This document shows positions 1 through 8,336 of a DNA stretch of 64,000 nucleotides, one piece after another; position 1 is the first letter of the stretch; the number at the start of each line of letters is the position of its first letter. The DNA lies in the sequence record MN850574.1; one strand, given 5' to 3'. Both the position numbers and the translations under genes were made by a program. The DNA comes from Escherichia phage kaaroe. Under the pieces are notes generated by a model that did not search any database, was not told the origin of the DNA, and was given only the letters and a program-made list of their open reading frames with translations.

Positions 1-422
1 AGACCAAATATATGACGATTAAAACTCATGAGTTAGCGAGTAAGGTCTATGGTCTTGAACGAGCCGATCCGAGTAAACCAGTGTATTTCTTAGAAGGTCC
101 GATCGATTCATTGTTTATTGATAACGGGTGTGCAATTACTGGCGGTACTTTGGGATTAGATGAAATTCCTTTCCCTGATCAGCGAGTGTTTGTACTTGAT
201 GCGGAACCACGGTCTGCCGATACAATGCACCGACTGGAAAAGTTTATCAATGCAGGGGAAAAGATTGTATTGTGGGACCGTTGCCCGTGGCATTCTAAAG
301 ACGTTAACGCCATGATTCAAGACGAGGGCGCTACACGCGACCAGATCATGGAATATATCAAAGAGAACACCGTACAAGGTCTGATGGCTAAAATGCGGTT
401 TATGAAATATTGTAAATTTTAA
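1..422 (+). CDS. 61: DNA primase gp61, C-terminal part (5' end lies outside window)
   Basis: ORF open to window start; Toprim-like acidic motifs (FLEGPIDS, VLDAEPR); position next to gene 56 as in T4-like genomes. Confidence 0.65.
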   Translation, partial: TKYMTIKTHELASKVYGLERADPSKPVYFLEGPIDSLFIDNGCAITGGTLGLDEIPFPDQRVFVLDAEPRSADTMHRLEKFINAGEKIVLWDRCPWHSKDVNAMIQDEGATRDQIMEYIKENTVQGLMAKMRFMKYCKF

Positions 423-436
423 TTAATGAGGTGAAT

Positions 437-955
437 ATGTCAGAATTTAATTCTTGTGCTGGTCTGGTTAACGAAAAAGATATTAACGCGGCTATCGCCG
501 CATATCATCACGCGATTGCAGAAGGTAAAGATCCGTTTCAGGTGATGCTCGAAATGCAAACTGGTTTGCAGGTTGCATTATCCGAAAAATTTGATTGGGT
601 CCCAAATCCAACTAAGCTAGAGACTTGCGGTGAAATGCTGGATTGGATGCAACGGATGGATGACGCTATCGCAGACGAAACACGAGAGCTTTACACATCG
701 CTGGGTGGAATGTCCAATGGTAAAGATGCAAGTGCAATCTGGAAAATGTGGAAAAAGAACCACGGAGAAGCGCGAGCGCGTAAATTCTCTGAACTGTCAC
801 CGGAAGATCAGCTTGAAGTGAAATTTGAATTTGTGGACGCGATCCACTTCATTCTGTCAAAGATGATCCCGCTGGGTATTGACGCTCAAGAACTCTTTAT
901 TCTGTACTATCTGAAAAATGCTGAAAACTTCGCCCGTCAAGAACGCGGCTACTAA
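437..955 (+). CDS. 56: dCTP pyrophosphatase (dCTPase) gp56
   Basis: KDPFQVMLEMQ, MSPEDQLEVKFE, YYLKNAENFARQERGY closely match T4 gp56; SD GAGGTG before ATG 437. Confidence 0.9.
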   Translation: MSEFNSCAGLVNEKDINAAIAAYHHAIAEGKDPFQVMLEMQTGLQVALSEKFDWVPNPTKLETCGEMLDWMQRMDDAIADETRELYTSLGGMSNGKDASAIWKMWKKNHGEARARKFSELSPEDQLEVKFEFVDAIHFILSKMIPLGIDAQELFILYYLKNAENFARQERGY

Positions 956-991
956 AAATTAGTTGACACTACTCTATAATGGTTTTATTAT

Positions 992-1024
992 GCCTCCCGT
1001 CGAAAGATTGGAGGCTTTTTTATT
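992..1024 (+). terminator. rho-independent terminator (hairpin GCCTCC..GGAGGC + T-run)
   Basis: GC stem followed by TTTTTTATT directly after gene 56; GGAGG of stem may double as SD for ATG 1025. Confidence 0.6.
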
Positions 1025-1528
1025 ATGCAATTTACACCAGAAGAACTTAACATCATTGATGAAGTGATGAACTCTAAAGAAAATATCGATATGTCGATCC
1101 TTAATGGATTGATCGAAAAGACTGAGCGGTTAGTGCATCATGAAGCCTTGTATCGCGGTGTGAGCAAAAGAGAAGGCCGTAAGCTGGATACCTTAATTGT
1201 TGGTGATTCTTTCGTTGTAGAGCGTCCTATGAGCTTTACGCCACTGCAATCAACAGCAGAGGACTTTGCAACCGATGTTTATGCAACAGGAAAGATTATT
1301 GCAATAAAACCTACCAAGCCTTGCATGAATTATTACGAACATGCTATTGACCGAGTGGTGTCTAAAGAGTATGACAATCCGACTACTCGACTGTCTTTGT
1401 ATGCTATGTTGGCAGATGAGCGCGAGTGCATATACAAGACAGGGACGACCATGATCCTTGATGAGATCGAGGAAGTTTACGCGTGTAACGGCGATCTGAT
1501 AGAGATTTACAAATTTTCTTTAATTTAA
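1025..1528 (+). CDS. putative ADP-ribosyltransferase (ModA/ModB-like)
   Basis: R-S-ExE-like triad (ALYRG ... MSFT ... ERECIY) resembling the Alt catalytic motifs in this window; position between 56 and dda as modA/modB in T4. Confidence 0.5.
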   Translation: MQFTPEELNIIDEVMNSKENIDMSILNGLIEKTERLVHHEALYRGVSKREGRKLDTLIVGDSFVVERPMSFTPLQSTAEDFATDVYATGKIIAIKPTKPCMNYYEHAIDRVVSKEYDNPTTRLSLYAMLADERECIYKTGTTMILDEIEEVYACNGDLIEIYKFSLI

Positions 1529-1531
1529 GTG

Positions 1532-1560
1532 TTGACAGGACAAACCAGATAGACAATAAT
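1532..1560 (+). promoter_or_regulatory. sigma70-type early promoter
   Basis: TTGACA-17-AATAAT, then conserved leader ACACACATACC..AAGGAGAATCAA and ATG 1590. Confidence 0.6.
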
Positions 1561-1589
1561 ACACACATACCAACTAAGGAGAATCAATT

Positions 1590-2345
1590 ATGAAACTGTT
1601 TGCTTTTAAATCTAACGAAGAATTGGCGCTGGTTGTTTTCCGGCTGAACTCTATCATGGCTGGCGCTTCACGTCGCAACAAAGACTTCTCTATGAGCTTA
1701 GTCACTGTGCGTAACATTTACCGTCAGACTCATTGCGCCTATTCAGGTGAAGCGTTCGGTGAAGGTGATGATGGACTCTCCTTAGAGCGCATTGATTGCA
1801 ATCTGGGATATGTTGATGGCAATGTAATTCCGGTTAAACTGAAATACAATTCTTTCCGTGGAAATCACACTATCGAATCTCTTAAAGAGATCCAGGAACT
1901 GGGAACTAACGGTAAACTTTCTGATGATGAAATTGCCCTACGTGCGAAGTACATCGAGTGGATCGAACTTAACGAGAATCGCATCAAAAATCAGGAAATG
2001 GCAATCGAAGAAAAGAAATTAGCAATCGAGCGCCACAAAAAGCACAACGAACCGGAGAAAGCAGAGGCAGCCGAGCGAGCGATTAAAAATACTCTCTTCC
2101 GTATGGAAGAACGTTATCAGAAAATTGCAGATCTCAAGCAAGCACTTAGCGAAATCAACAAGAAAGAAGAAAAACTTAAGGCTATTGCAAACAATACCGA
2201 AATCGTGCTAAAATATACCAGCGTTTTGATTGAATCTCTTTCTAAGTATGAGAACTTAACGCCAGCACAAAAAGAACGCGTGAAATACGGGCTTCCGATT
2301 GATGCGTCGTGGATTGAATTGATGAAAGCGAAGGTAGGTTTATAA
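1590..2345 (+). CDS. hypothetical protein (srd-position); degenerate HNH-like N-terminus plus K/E-rich coiled-coil C-terminus
   Basis: Complete ORF with promoter and SD; CAYSGE...ERIDCNLGYVDGNVIPV resembles an inactivated HNH motif. Confidence 0.55.
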   Translation: MKLFAFKSNEELALVVFRLNSIMAGASRRNKDFSMSLVTVRNIYRQTHCAYSGEAFGEGDDGLSLERIDCNLGYVDGNVIPVKLKYNSFRGNHTIESLKEIQELGTNGKLSDDEIALRAKYIEWIELNENRIKNQEMAIEEKKLAIERHKKHNEPEKAEAAERAIKNTLFRMEERYQKIADLKQALSEINKKEEKLKAIANNTEIVLKYTSVLIESLSKYENLTPAQKERVKYGLPIDASWIELMKAKVGL

Positions 2346-2659
2346 TGCATGTATTTGCTGTATGTTATCGTGATAAAGACGGATTCTTTCAATACTCAGT
2401 GGACGCGAAAGGTCGCGTCCTAACTTGCGAAACACATGATGCTGCGTTAGCGTCAATGTGTGATCAGATAGATTATTGTGAGAGTCTATTGGCGGGTGAA
2501 CCGAAATACAAGGTTGTACCTAAACGAAAATTTGGCATAATCCGGTCTTCTGAAATTGTTCGGGATGGTATCGAATATAAAATTCCTGAATATGAAAAAG
2601 AACGGGTACGGCGAGAACTCAATACTATCTGTGTTCGCAAGGTGAGGATTTTAGGATAA
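2345..2659 (+). CDS. hypothetical protein
   Basis: ORF start overlaps upstream stop (ATAATG); coupled to dda. Confidence 0.5.
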   Translation: MHVFAVCYRDKDGFFQYSVDAKGRVLTCETHDAALASMCDQIDYCESLLAGEPKYKVVPKRKFGIIRSSEIVRDGIEYKIPEYEKERVRRELNTICVRKVRILG

Positions 2660-4050
2660 TGAGCAGAGTATTAACTTTCGATATGTTAACAGACGGGCAA
2701 AAACATGCTTTTGATGTTCTAATGAAACGCATTGAACAAAAGAAGCATACAACTGTCCGTGGTGCGGCGGGTACTGGTAAAACCGCAATGATGAAATTCA
2801 TTGTTCAGGAAATGGTCCGCCGTGGTGTAACTGGTGTGGTTTTGGCAACGCCTACCCACCAGGCTAAAAAAGTTTTGAGTAAAGCGGTAGGTCGTCAAGC
2901 ATTTACTTTACATGCACTACTGCGACTAAACCCGACCAACTATGAAGATACTCAAGTATTTGAGCAAAAAGATACTCCTAAGCTAGATGATGTTCAGATC
3001 ATCATTGTTGATGAAGCGAGTATGGTCGATAAGAAACTATTTGATATTCTCATGAAGAGTATCAACGGTCGAATTGTTATTATTGCCGTGGGTGATCTGT
3101 ACCAGTTACGACCAGTTGATCCGAGCGGTGCAACGTCGATCTCTCCTTTCTTCACCGATGAAAGGTTTCAGAATGTAGAACTTACAGAGATTAAACGATC
3201 TAATGCGCCAATAATTGATGTGGCGACCGCTGTCCGTAATGGTAAATGGGTATTCGAAAAGCAGTGCGGTAACGAGGGTGTATTCCATAGCTCAACTCTG
3301 CCGGAGTTTATGAAGCATTATTTCGAAACCGTTAAAACGCCGGAAGACCTTCTAGAAAACCGTATTCTGGCCTACACTAACAAGAGCGTCGAAAAACTCA
3401 ATGAAATTGTGCGTAAGCGCGTTTATAACACCGATGAACCAGTGATTGTAGATGAAATTCTGGTTACTCAGGAACCATTGATCGAATATCTGCGAGATGA
3501 ACGCGGGAAGAAGATTCCCAATGTTATTTTTAACAATGGTGAGATGATCCGAGTTAAAGAGGTCATCCCGCGTGAATTTACATTACGTTGCACGGGGGTA
3601 GATCCGCAACCAGTTTTAGGATATACTCTGAAAGTGGAAAGCGTCGATGATGACGAAGACAAAGAAATCCTAAATCAGAAAGTCGGTTTAGATGCAGTCG
3701 GAATCACTACAGATAAACCAGATTTAGTAGAAATCAACATTCTGACAGAACAACGTCAGAAGAACATTTTCTCTATCTATCTGAATACGGTCGCCGGACA
3801 ATATCGCGAAATGAAGAAAGAGAATCCAAAATTTAAACCAGATTGGGATTCCTTCTGGACGATGAAGCGTATGTTCTTGAATGTAAAAGCATTACCAGCT
3901 TGCACCATTCATAAGTCACAAGGGATCAGCGTAGACCGCGTGTTCCTGTATACTCCTTGCATGTGTACAGACAATGTTGACTTTGAACTGGCAATGCAGT
4001 TATTATATGTGGGTGTTACCCGTGCGCGGTATCGAGTAGACTATATTTGA
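2659..4050 (+). CDS. dda: Dda DNA helicase (SF1)
   Basis: Walker A GAAGTGKT, APTHQAKKVL, TEIKRSNAPIIDVATAVRNGKW, LLYVGVTRARY match T4 Dda. Confidence 0.93.
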   Translation: MSRVLTFDMLTDGQKHAFDVLMKRIEQKKHTTVRGAAGTGKTAMMKFIVQEMVRRGVTGVVLATPTHQAKKVLSKAVGRQAFTLHALLRLNPTNYEDTQVFEQKDTPKLDDVQIIIVDEASMVDKKLFDILMKSINGRIVIIAVGDLYQLRPVDPSGATSISPFFTDERFQNVELTEIKRSNAPIIDVATAVRNGKWVFEKQCGNEGVFHSSTLPEFMKHYFETVKTPEDLLENRILAYTNKSVEKLNEIVRKRVYNTDEPVIVDEILVTQEPLIEYLRDERGKKIPNVIFNNGEMIRVKEVIPREFTLRCTGVDPQPVLGYTLKVESVDDDEDKEILNQKVGLDAVGITTDKPDLVEINILTEQRQKNIFSIYLNTVAGQYREMKKENPKFKPDWDSFWTMKRMFLNVKALPACTIHKSQGISVDRVFLYTPCMCTDNVDFELAMQLLYVGVTRARYRVDYI

Positions 4051-4060
4051 GGAAATTATT

Positions 4061-4228
4061 ATGATTATGCGAAGTATCCCAGAATTTAATGATGTGACGG
4101 TAAGCCGTCACAATGGAACTGTTACCATGTGCTTTAGATGGGGTCTATACGGCTGGAACGTGTCCGGCGATAGTGAAGCTGCATGTATCAATAAAATGAT
4201 CGAGCATTTCACTAAGCGAGGGTTTTGA
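4061..4228 (+). CDS. hypothetical small protein (55 aa)
   Basis: ATG 4061 after SD GAGGAA; below the ORF-track size cutoff, translated manually. Confidence 0.4.
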   Translation: MIMRSIPEFNDVTVSRHNGTVTMCFRWGLYGWNVSGDSEAACINKMIEHFTKRGF

Positions 4229-4229
4229 T

Positions 4230-4472
4230 ATGGTTGTTATTAATAATGTGGCTAATGTAATACATCTACAATCAATTGTCGCGTGGAACCGTCAAAAGAT
4301 TCATTGTGACTATGCACAACATGTAATGAATTTTAACAACAAAGTACGCGCATACATGGCAACGGAACGACTGTTAACCGATAATTACGGTAACGGGATT
4401 ATTGATTGTAGCGGTTTCATTCTGGATAAAAACGATCTGGAGTTGTTCCGGCATATCGCGGAGGATATTTAA
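4230..4472 (+). CDS. hypothetical protein
   Basis: ORF tightly packed between small ORF and dexA. Confidence 0.45.
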   Translation: MVVINNVANVIHLQSIVAWNRQKIHCDYAQHVMNFNNKVRAYMATERLLTDNYGNGIIDCSGFILDKNDLELFRHIAEDI

Positions 4473-4473
4473 A

Positions 4474-5142
4474 ATGCTTCCAGTGGATTTAATGATTGAC
4501 TTTGAAAGTTTAGGTTATCCGCCTGATGGGGCGGTTATCAATATGGCGGCAATCGGATTTAAAGAAGATCCGCACAATCCACCTACATTTAAAGAACTGG
4601 TTGGCAATTCCTTTCTGGTAAAATTTGATATTCCTTCCCAGAAAGGTGTAAGGGTGTTTGATCATGGTGTGGTTGAATGGTGGAAGAATACCACCTCAGA
4701 AGGCATGAGAAAGCAATTAATCACAAATGGTACGGAAGTATCAACTAAAGAAGGTTTAGCGCGTTTTAACGCATTCTGTGAAGCCGTAGGAGTAGATCCG
4801 GTTAAATCCGTATTGTGGTCACGCGGTAATGCGTTTGATATTCCGTTACTAGTTGATATGATCCGCCGTGCACACAATACACGAGAGACGTTCAGCCTTG
4901 AACCTGTGCGATTCTGGAATATCCGAGATGTTCGCACCGCCATTGAGCGTACATTGATGCATCGCGGGATGTGTGAGTGTCCGTTACCAATGGGTACGCT
5001 AGATGGTTTTATCGCACATGATGCAATTCATGATTGCGCTCGCGATATTCTTATGCTAATCTATGCACAACGTTATGCTATGGGTCTGGAAGACCTACCA
5101 GAAAATCCAGATCCAAATTCAGTTAAGAAACAAAGGGGATAA
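4474..5142 (+). CDS. dexA: exonuclease A (DexA)
   Basis: DFESLG, KFDIPSQKG, VEWWKN, FDIPLLVDMIRR match T4 DexA (DEDD exonuclease). Confidence 0.88.
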   Translation: MLPVDLMIDFESLGYPPDGAVINMAAIGFKEDPHNPPTFKELVGNSFLVKFDIPSQKGVRVFDHGVVEWWKNTTSEGMRKQLITNGTEVSTKEGLARFNAFCEAVGVDPVKSVLWSRGNAFDIPLLVDMIRRAHNTRETFSLEPVRFWNIRDVRTAIERTLMHRGMCECPLPMGTLDGFIAHDAIHDCARDILMLIYAQRYAMGLEDLPENPDPNSVKKQRG

Positions 5143-5143
5143 T

Positions 5144-5317
5144 ATGCCATTATACGATTATTCTTGTGAAGAACACGGTCAATTTCAGAAAATCCGCAAA
5201 ATTTCCGAGCGTGAAAAGGCAGAATGCCCTGAATGCGGTAAAGAATGCAAACAGGGATTGACTGCCCCGCGCGGGATTAATGGCGGGTACTATGATAAAA
5301 ATGTGCGCGTGTCATGA
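5144..5317 (+). CDS. FmdB-like zinc-ribbon protein
   Basis: MPLYDYSCEEHG...CPECG: CxxC...CxxC zinc ribbon; start overlaps dexA stop. Confidence 0.55.
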   Translation: MPLYDYSCEEHGQFQKIRKISEREKAECPECGKECKQGLTAPRGINGGYYDKNVRVS

Positions 5318-5416
5318 GTCATATACTTGACAATCACTCAATTTTTAATATGATTGTTGCAGCCGTCTTTGTGGCGGTTGCAGTAAGTTATGGTTATGTT
5401 ATGAAGAGGTTTAATA

Positions 5417-7240
5417 ATGAGTGAGTTTCGCATTTTATCTGATCGTGAACATGTCCTTAAGCGTGCAGGAATGTATATAGGATCAACAACTTACGAAGAA
5501 CATCAACGTTTCCTGTTCGGTAAATGGACAAAAATTTCATACGTTCCTGGACTGGTTAAAATCATTGATGAGATCATCGACAACTCTGTAGACGAGGCGA
5601 TCCGCACTAACTTTGAATTTGCCAATGTGATTAGCGTCGATATCCAAAACAATATTGTTACTGTAACAGACAATGGTCGCGGTATTCCTCAACATATGGT
5701 TACTACCCCAGAGGGTACGCAGATTCCGCAACCTGTCGCCGCATGGACACGAACAAAAGCAGGGTCTAACTTTGATGATACCAATCGATTAACGCAAGGG
5801 ATGAACGGTGTGGGGTCGTCGTTGTCAAATTTCTTTAGCGATTGGTTTACTGGTGTGACCTGTGACGGCGAAACAGAAATGACCGTTCAATGTACAAACG
5901 GTGCTGAAAATATCACATGGTCATCGAAACCATCAAAATTGAAGGGAACAAAGGTTACATTTTGCCCAGACTTCGACCACTTCGAAGGTTATATGATGGG
6001 CAACTCTGTTTTAGATATTGTTCATGATCGTCTGCAATCATTGAGCGTAATATTTCCTAAGATCACGTTTAAGTTTAATGGTAAACGTATTGTTAGTAAG
6101 TTCAAGGATTATGCTAAACTATACAATGATGATCCGTTTGTCATTGAAGATAAAAACTTTTCACTTGCCCTAGTTCCTGCGGTCGAGGGAGAAGGTTTTA
6201 AATCAGTATCCTTTGCTAATGGTCTGTTTACCAAAAACGGGGGAACACACGTTGATTATGTGACAGATGATCTTTGTGAAGAGATTGTAAAACGAATCAA
6301 GAAAGAATATAAGGTTGATGTTACTAAAGCTGCGGTTAAGTCTGGATTGACCTGTATTCTTATTGTTCGTGAATTGCCTAACCTTCGTTTTGATTCACAG
6401 ACAAAAGAACGATTGACTAATCCAACTGGTGATATCAAGCGTCATATTGATCTTGATTTTAAAAAGCTGGCTAAAGTCATTGCTAAGAAAGAAAACATTA
6501 TCATGCCTATTATTGCTGTAGTCCTGGCACGCAAAGAGGCAGCAGATAAAGCGGCAGCGACTAAGGCAGCAAAGGCAGCGAAACGGGCTAAGGTGGCAAA
6601 ACACGTTAAAGCTAACCTTATTGGAACTGACGCAGAAACTACCCTGTTTTTGACGGAAGGTGATTCCGCGATCAACTATCTGATCTCTGTACGTGATCAA
6701 GATTTACATGGAGGTTTCCCGTTGCGAGGCAAAACTCTTACAACGTGGGAACAACCGGAGGCAAAGATCGTTAAGAACGCCGAAATTTTTAACATCATGG
6801 CGATCACTGGCTTGCAATTTGGTGTTGATGCATTGGAAGTTATGCAATACAAAAATATTGCGATTATGACCGACGCTGATACTGACGGGATCGGGTCTAT
6901 TAAACCTAGTCTGATCTCTTTCTTTGCACGTTGGCCTGAATTGTTCGAAGATGGACGAATCCGGTTTATCAAAACACCTATTATCATTGCGGAACCAAAG
7001 AAAGGTGATGATGTTCGATGGTATTATGACCTAGAAGATTTCGAGAACGACCGAGATAATATCAAAGGTTACAACATTCGATATATCAAAGGTTTAGCAT
7101 CGCTCACAGAATCAGACTATCATCGCGTGATCAACGATCCTGTCATGGAGATCATCACGTTACCGGAAAACTATAAAGAGCTATTCGATTTGCTCTATAG
7201 TGAAGATGCAGATCAGCGCAAAATTTGGATGCAATCATAA
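5417..7240 (+). CDS. 39: DNA topoisomerase II large subunit, fused gp39+gp60 (GHKL ATPase + Toprim)
   Basis: N-terminal GyrB-like ATPase motifs (IDNSVDE, DNGRGIP, GLNGVG-like) and C-terminal Toprim (EGDSA, DADTDG) in one 607-aa ORF. Confidence 0.93.
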   Translation: MSEFRILSDREHVLKRAGMYIGSTTYEEHQRFLFGKWTKISYVPGLVKIIDEIIDNSVDEAIRTNFEFANVISVDIQNNIVTVTDNGRGIPQHMVTTPEGTQIPQPVAAWTRTKAGSNFDDTNRLTQGMNGVGSSLSNFFSDWFTGVTCDGETEMTVQCTNGAENITWSSKPSKLKGTKVTFCPDFDHFEGYMMGNSVLDIVHDRLQSLSVIFPKITFKFNGKRIVSKFKDYAKLYNDDPFVIEDKNFSLALVPAVEGEGFKSVSFANGLFTKNGGTHVDYVTDDLCEEIVKRIKKEYKVDVTKAAVKSGLTCILIVRELPNLRFDSQTKERLTNPTGDIKRHIDLDFKKLAKVIAKKENIIMPIIAVVLARKEAADKAAATKAAKAAKRAKVAKHVKANLIGTDAETTLFLTEGDSAINYLISVRDQDLHGGFPLRGKTLTTWEQPEAKIVKNAEIFNIMAITGLQFGVDALEVMQYKNIAIMTDADTDGIGSIKPSLISFFARWPELFEDGRIRFIKTPIIIAEPKKGDDVRWYYDLEDFENDRDNIKGYNIRYIKGLASLTESDYHRVINDPVMEIITLPENYKELFDLLYSEDADQRKIWMQS

Positions 7241-7244
7241 CACT

Positions 7245-7271
7245 TGACATACAAGGGAGATTCTCTATAAT
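7245..7271 (+). promoter_or_regulatory. sigma70-type early promoter
   Basis: TTGACA-15-TATAAT; inverted repeat GGGAGA/TCTCCC flanks the -10. Confidence 0.45.
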
Positions 7272-7305
7272 GGGAGTCTCCCTTTTCTTTTATGAGGATT
7301 TAACG

Positions 7306-7605
7306 ATGAGCAAAAAGAATAACATGATGATGAGTATGGCAAAGTTCATGGAAGCAGACCTGATCAAAAATACAGTACAGCATGAACGCCAGCGAGAAGC
7401 CGCAGTGATTGCAGAACAAGGTTTTCAGGTTATCCGCAATCCACCTAAAGATACGATTAAATCGAAATACAGAGAAGATCTGAAAGACCATGAAGTACGG
7501 GAACTGGTTAATGATCTGCGTGACATTGCCATCAAATATCATGGTTATCAGTGCTTACGAGAACTGATCGCAGAGCGAGTAATGGATGCATTGAAAAAAG
7601 ATTAA
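7306..7605 (+). CDS. hypothetical protein
   Basis: ATG 7306 with SD GAGGA; preceded by promoter. Confidence 0.55.
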   Translation: MSKKNNMMMSMAKFMEADLIKNTVQHERQREAAVIAEQGFQVIRNPPKDTIKSKYREDLKDHEVRELVNDLRDIAIKYHGYQCLRELIAERVMDALKKD

Positions 7606-7612
7606 AAATCTG

Positions 7613-7641
7613 TTGACACTGGATCGGGGATATATCATAAT
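7613..7641 (+). promoter_or_regulatory. sigma70-type early promoter
   Basis: TTGACA-17-CATAAT with GGGGAT/ (A)TCCCC dyad around -10. Confidence 0.55.
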
Positions 7642-7671
7642 GTCCCCATCGAAAACAAAAGGTTGACTTAT

Positions 7672-7866
7672 ATGAAACCGTTTAAGAATGAAGAAACTCA
7701 AAAATTTTGTGAAAAAATTGCAGAAATCTACTTGACAGGGAATAAGGAAAAAGCTAATATTATGTTCAAAGAGTCAGTTTCCATGATGAAAGTAGCACGC
7801 TGGGAACTGATCGCAATGCAAGACCAAATTCGTTATCTAGTAACAAAGGAGAATCAAAATGCGTAA
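7672..7866 (+). CDS. hypothetical protein
   Basis: ATG 7672 downstream of promoter. Confidence 0.5.
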   Translation: MKPFKNEETQKFCEKIAEIYLTGNKEKANIMFKESVSMMKVARWELIAMQDQIRYLVTKENQNA

Positions 7867-8053
7867 CCATTACATCGAATTGGCAAGCCGTAAAGTTTCA
7901 GACCTGAAAGGCGTAATTGCTTACTATGAAGAAGTCCTGAAAAACGAAATTGCCGAGTGGGAACGTAAAGAATACAGCAAGTGCTTAGAGAAAAGCCGCG
8001 CTGAACTGGTTGACGCAGAAGCCCATCTGCAATGGGTAATTGAAAATGTATAA
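7859..8053 (+). CDS. hypothetical protein
   Basis: SD AAGGAGA before ATG 7859; overlaps previous stop. Confidence 0.5.
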   Translation: MRNHYIELASRKVSDLKGVIAYYEEVLKNEIAEWERKEYSKCLEKSRAELVDAEAHLQWVIENV

Positions 8054-8064
8054 GGAGTAGAAAA

Positions 8065-8322
8065 ATGAGTCGAAGTTTTGATTTTATGATCGCCAAGTGT
8101 CATAGAGAAAAGAAATCGATGGACCTATTTATGAAATGTCTGAGATATGAATATGCGCACCTTCGTAAACACAAAATTGACCCGCAAGTTTCCTACGAAA
8201 ACATCAAGAAATATGCGAAAGAAGTGATTGACAACGATTGCACCGTGACATATAATGCGTTTATTGATTTATGGGCGTGGGATGTAATCTACGCAGAGAT
8301 GGACAAAGAAGATTTTAATTAA
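8065..8322 (+). CDS. hypothetical protein
   Basis: SD AAGGAG before ATG 8065. Confidence 0.5.
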   Translation: MSRSFDFMIAKCHREKKSMDLFMKCLRYEYAHLRKHKIDPQVSYENIKKYAKEVIDNDCTVTYNAFIDLWAWDVIYAEMDKEDFN

Positions 8323-8336
8323 GTGAGGATTATATT

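Noticed and set aside
963-980. TTGACA followed by TATAAT just after gene 56
   Set aside because: Spacer is only 6 bp, so this cannot be a functional sigma70 promoter as read; an alternative -10 (TATTAT at 986-991, 17-bp spacer) would start transcription inside the terminator hairpin, so no promoter is called.
5314-5424. 36-aa hydrophobic peptide ORF (MSHILDNHSIFNMIVAAVFVAVAVSYGYVMKRFNNE) overlapping the gene 39 start
   Set aside because: Very short, overlaps the gene 39 ribosome-binding region, and the same stretch contains a promoter-like TTGACA; it cannot be distinguished from regulatory sequence.
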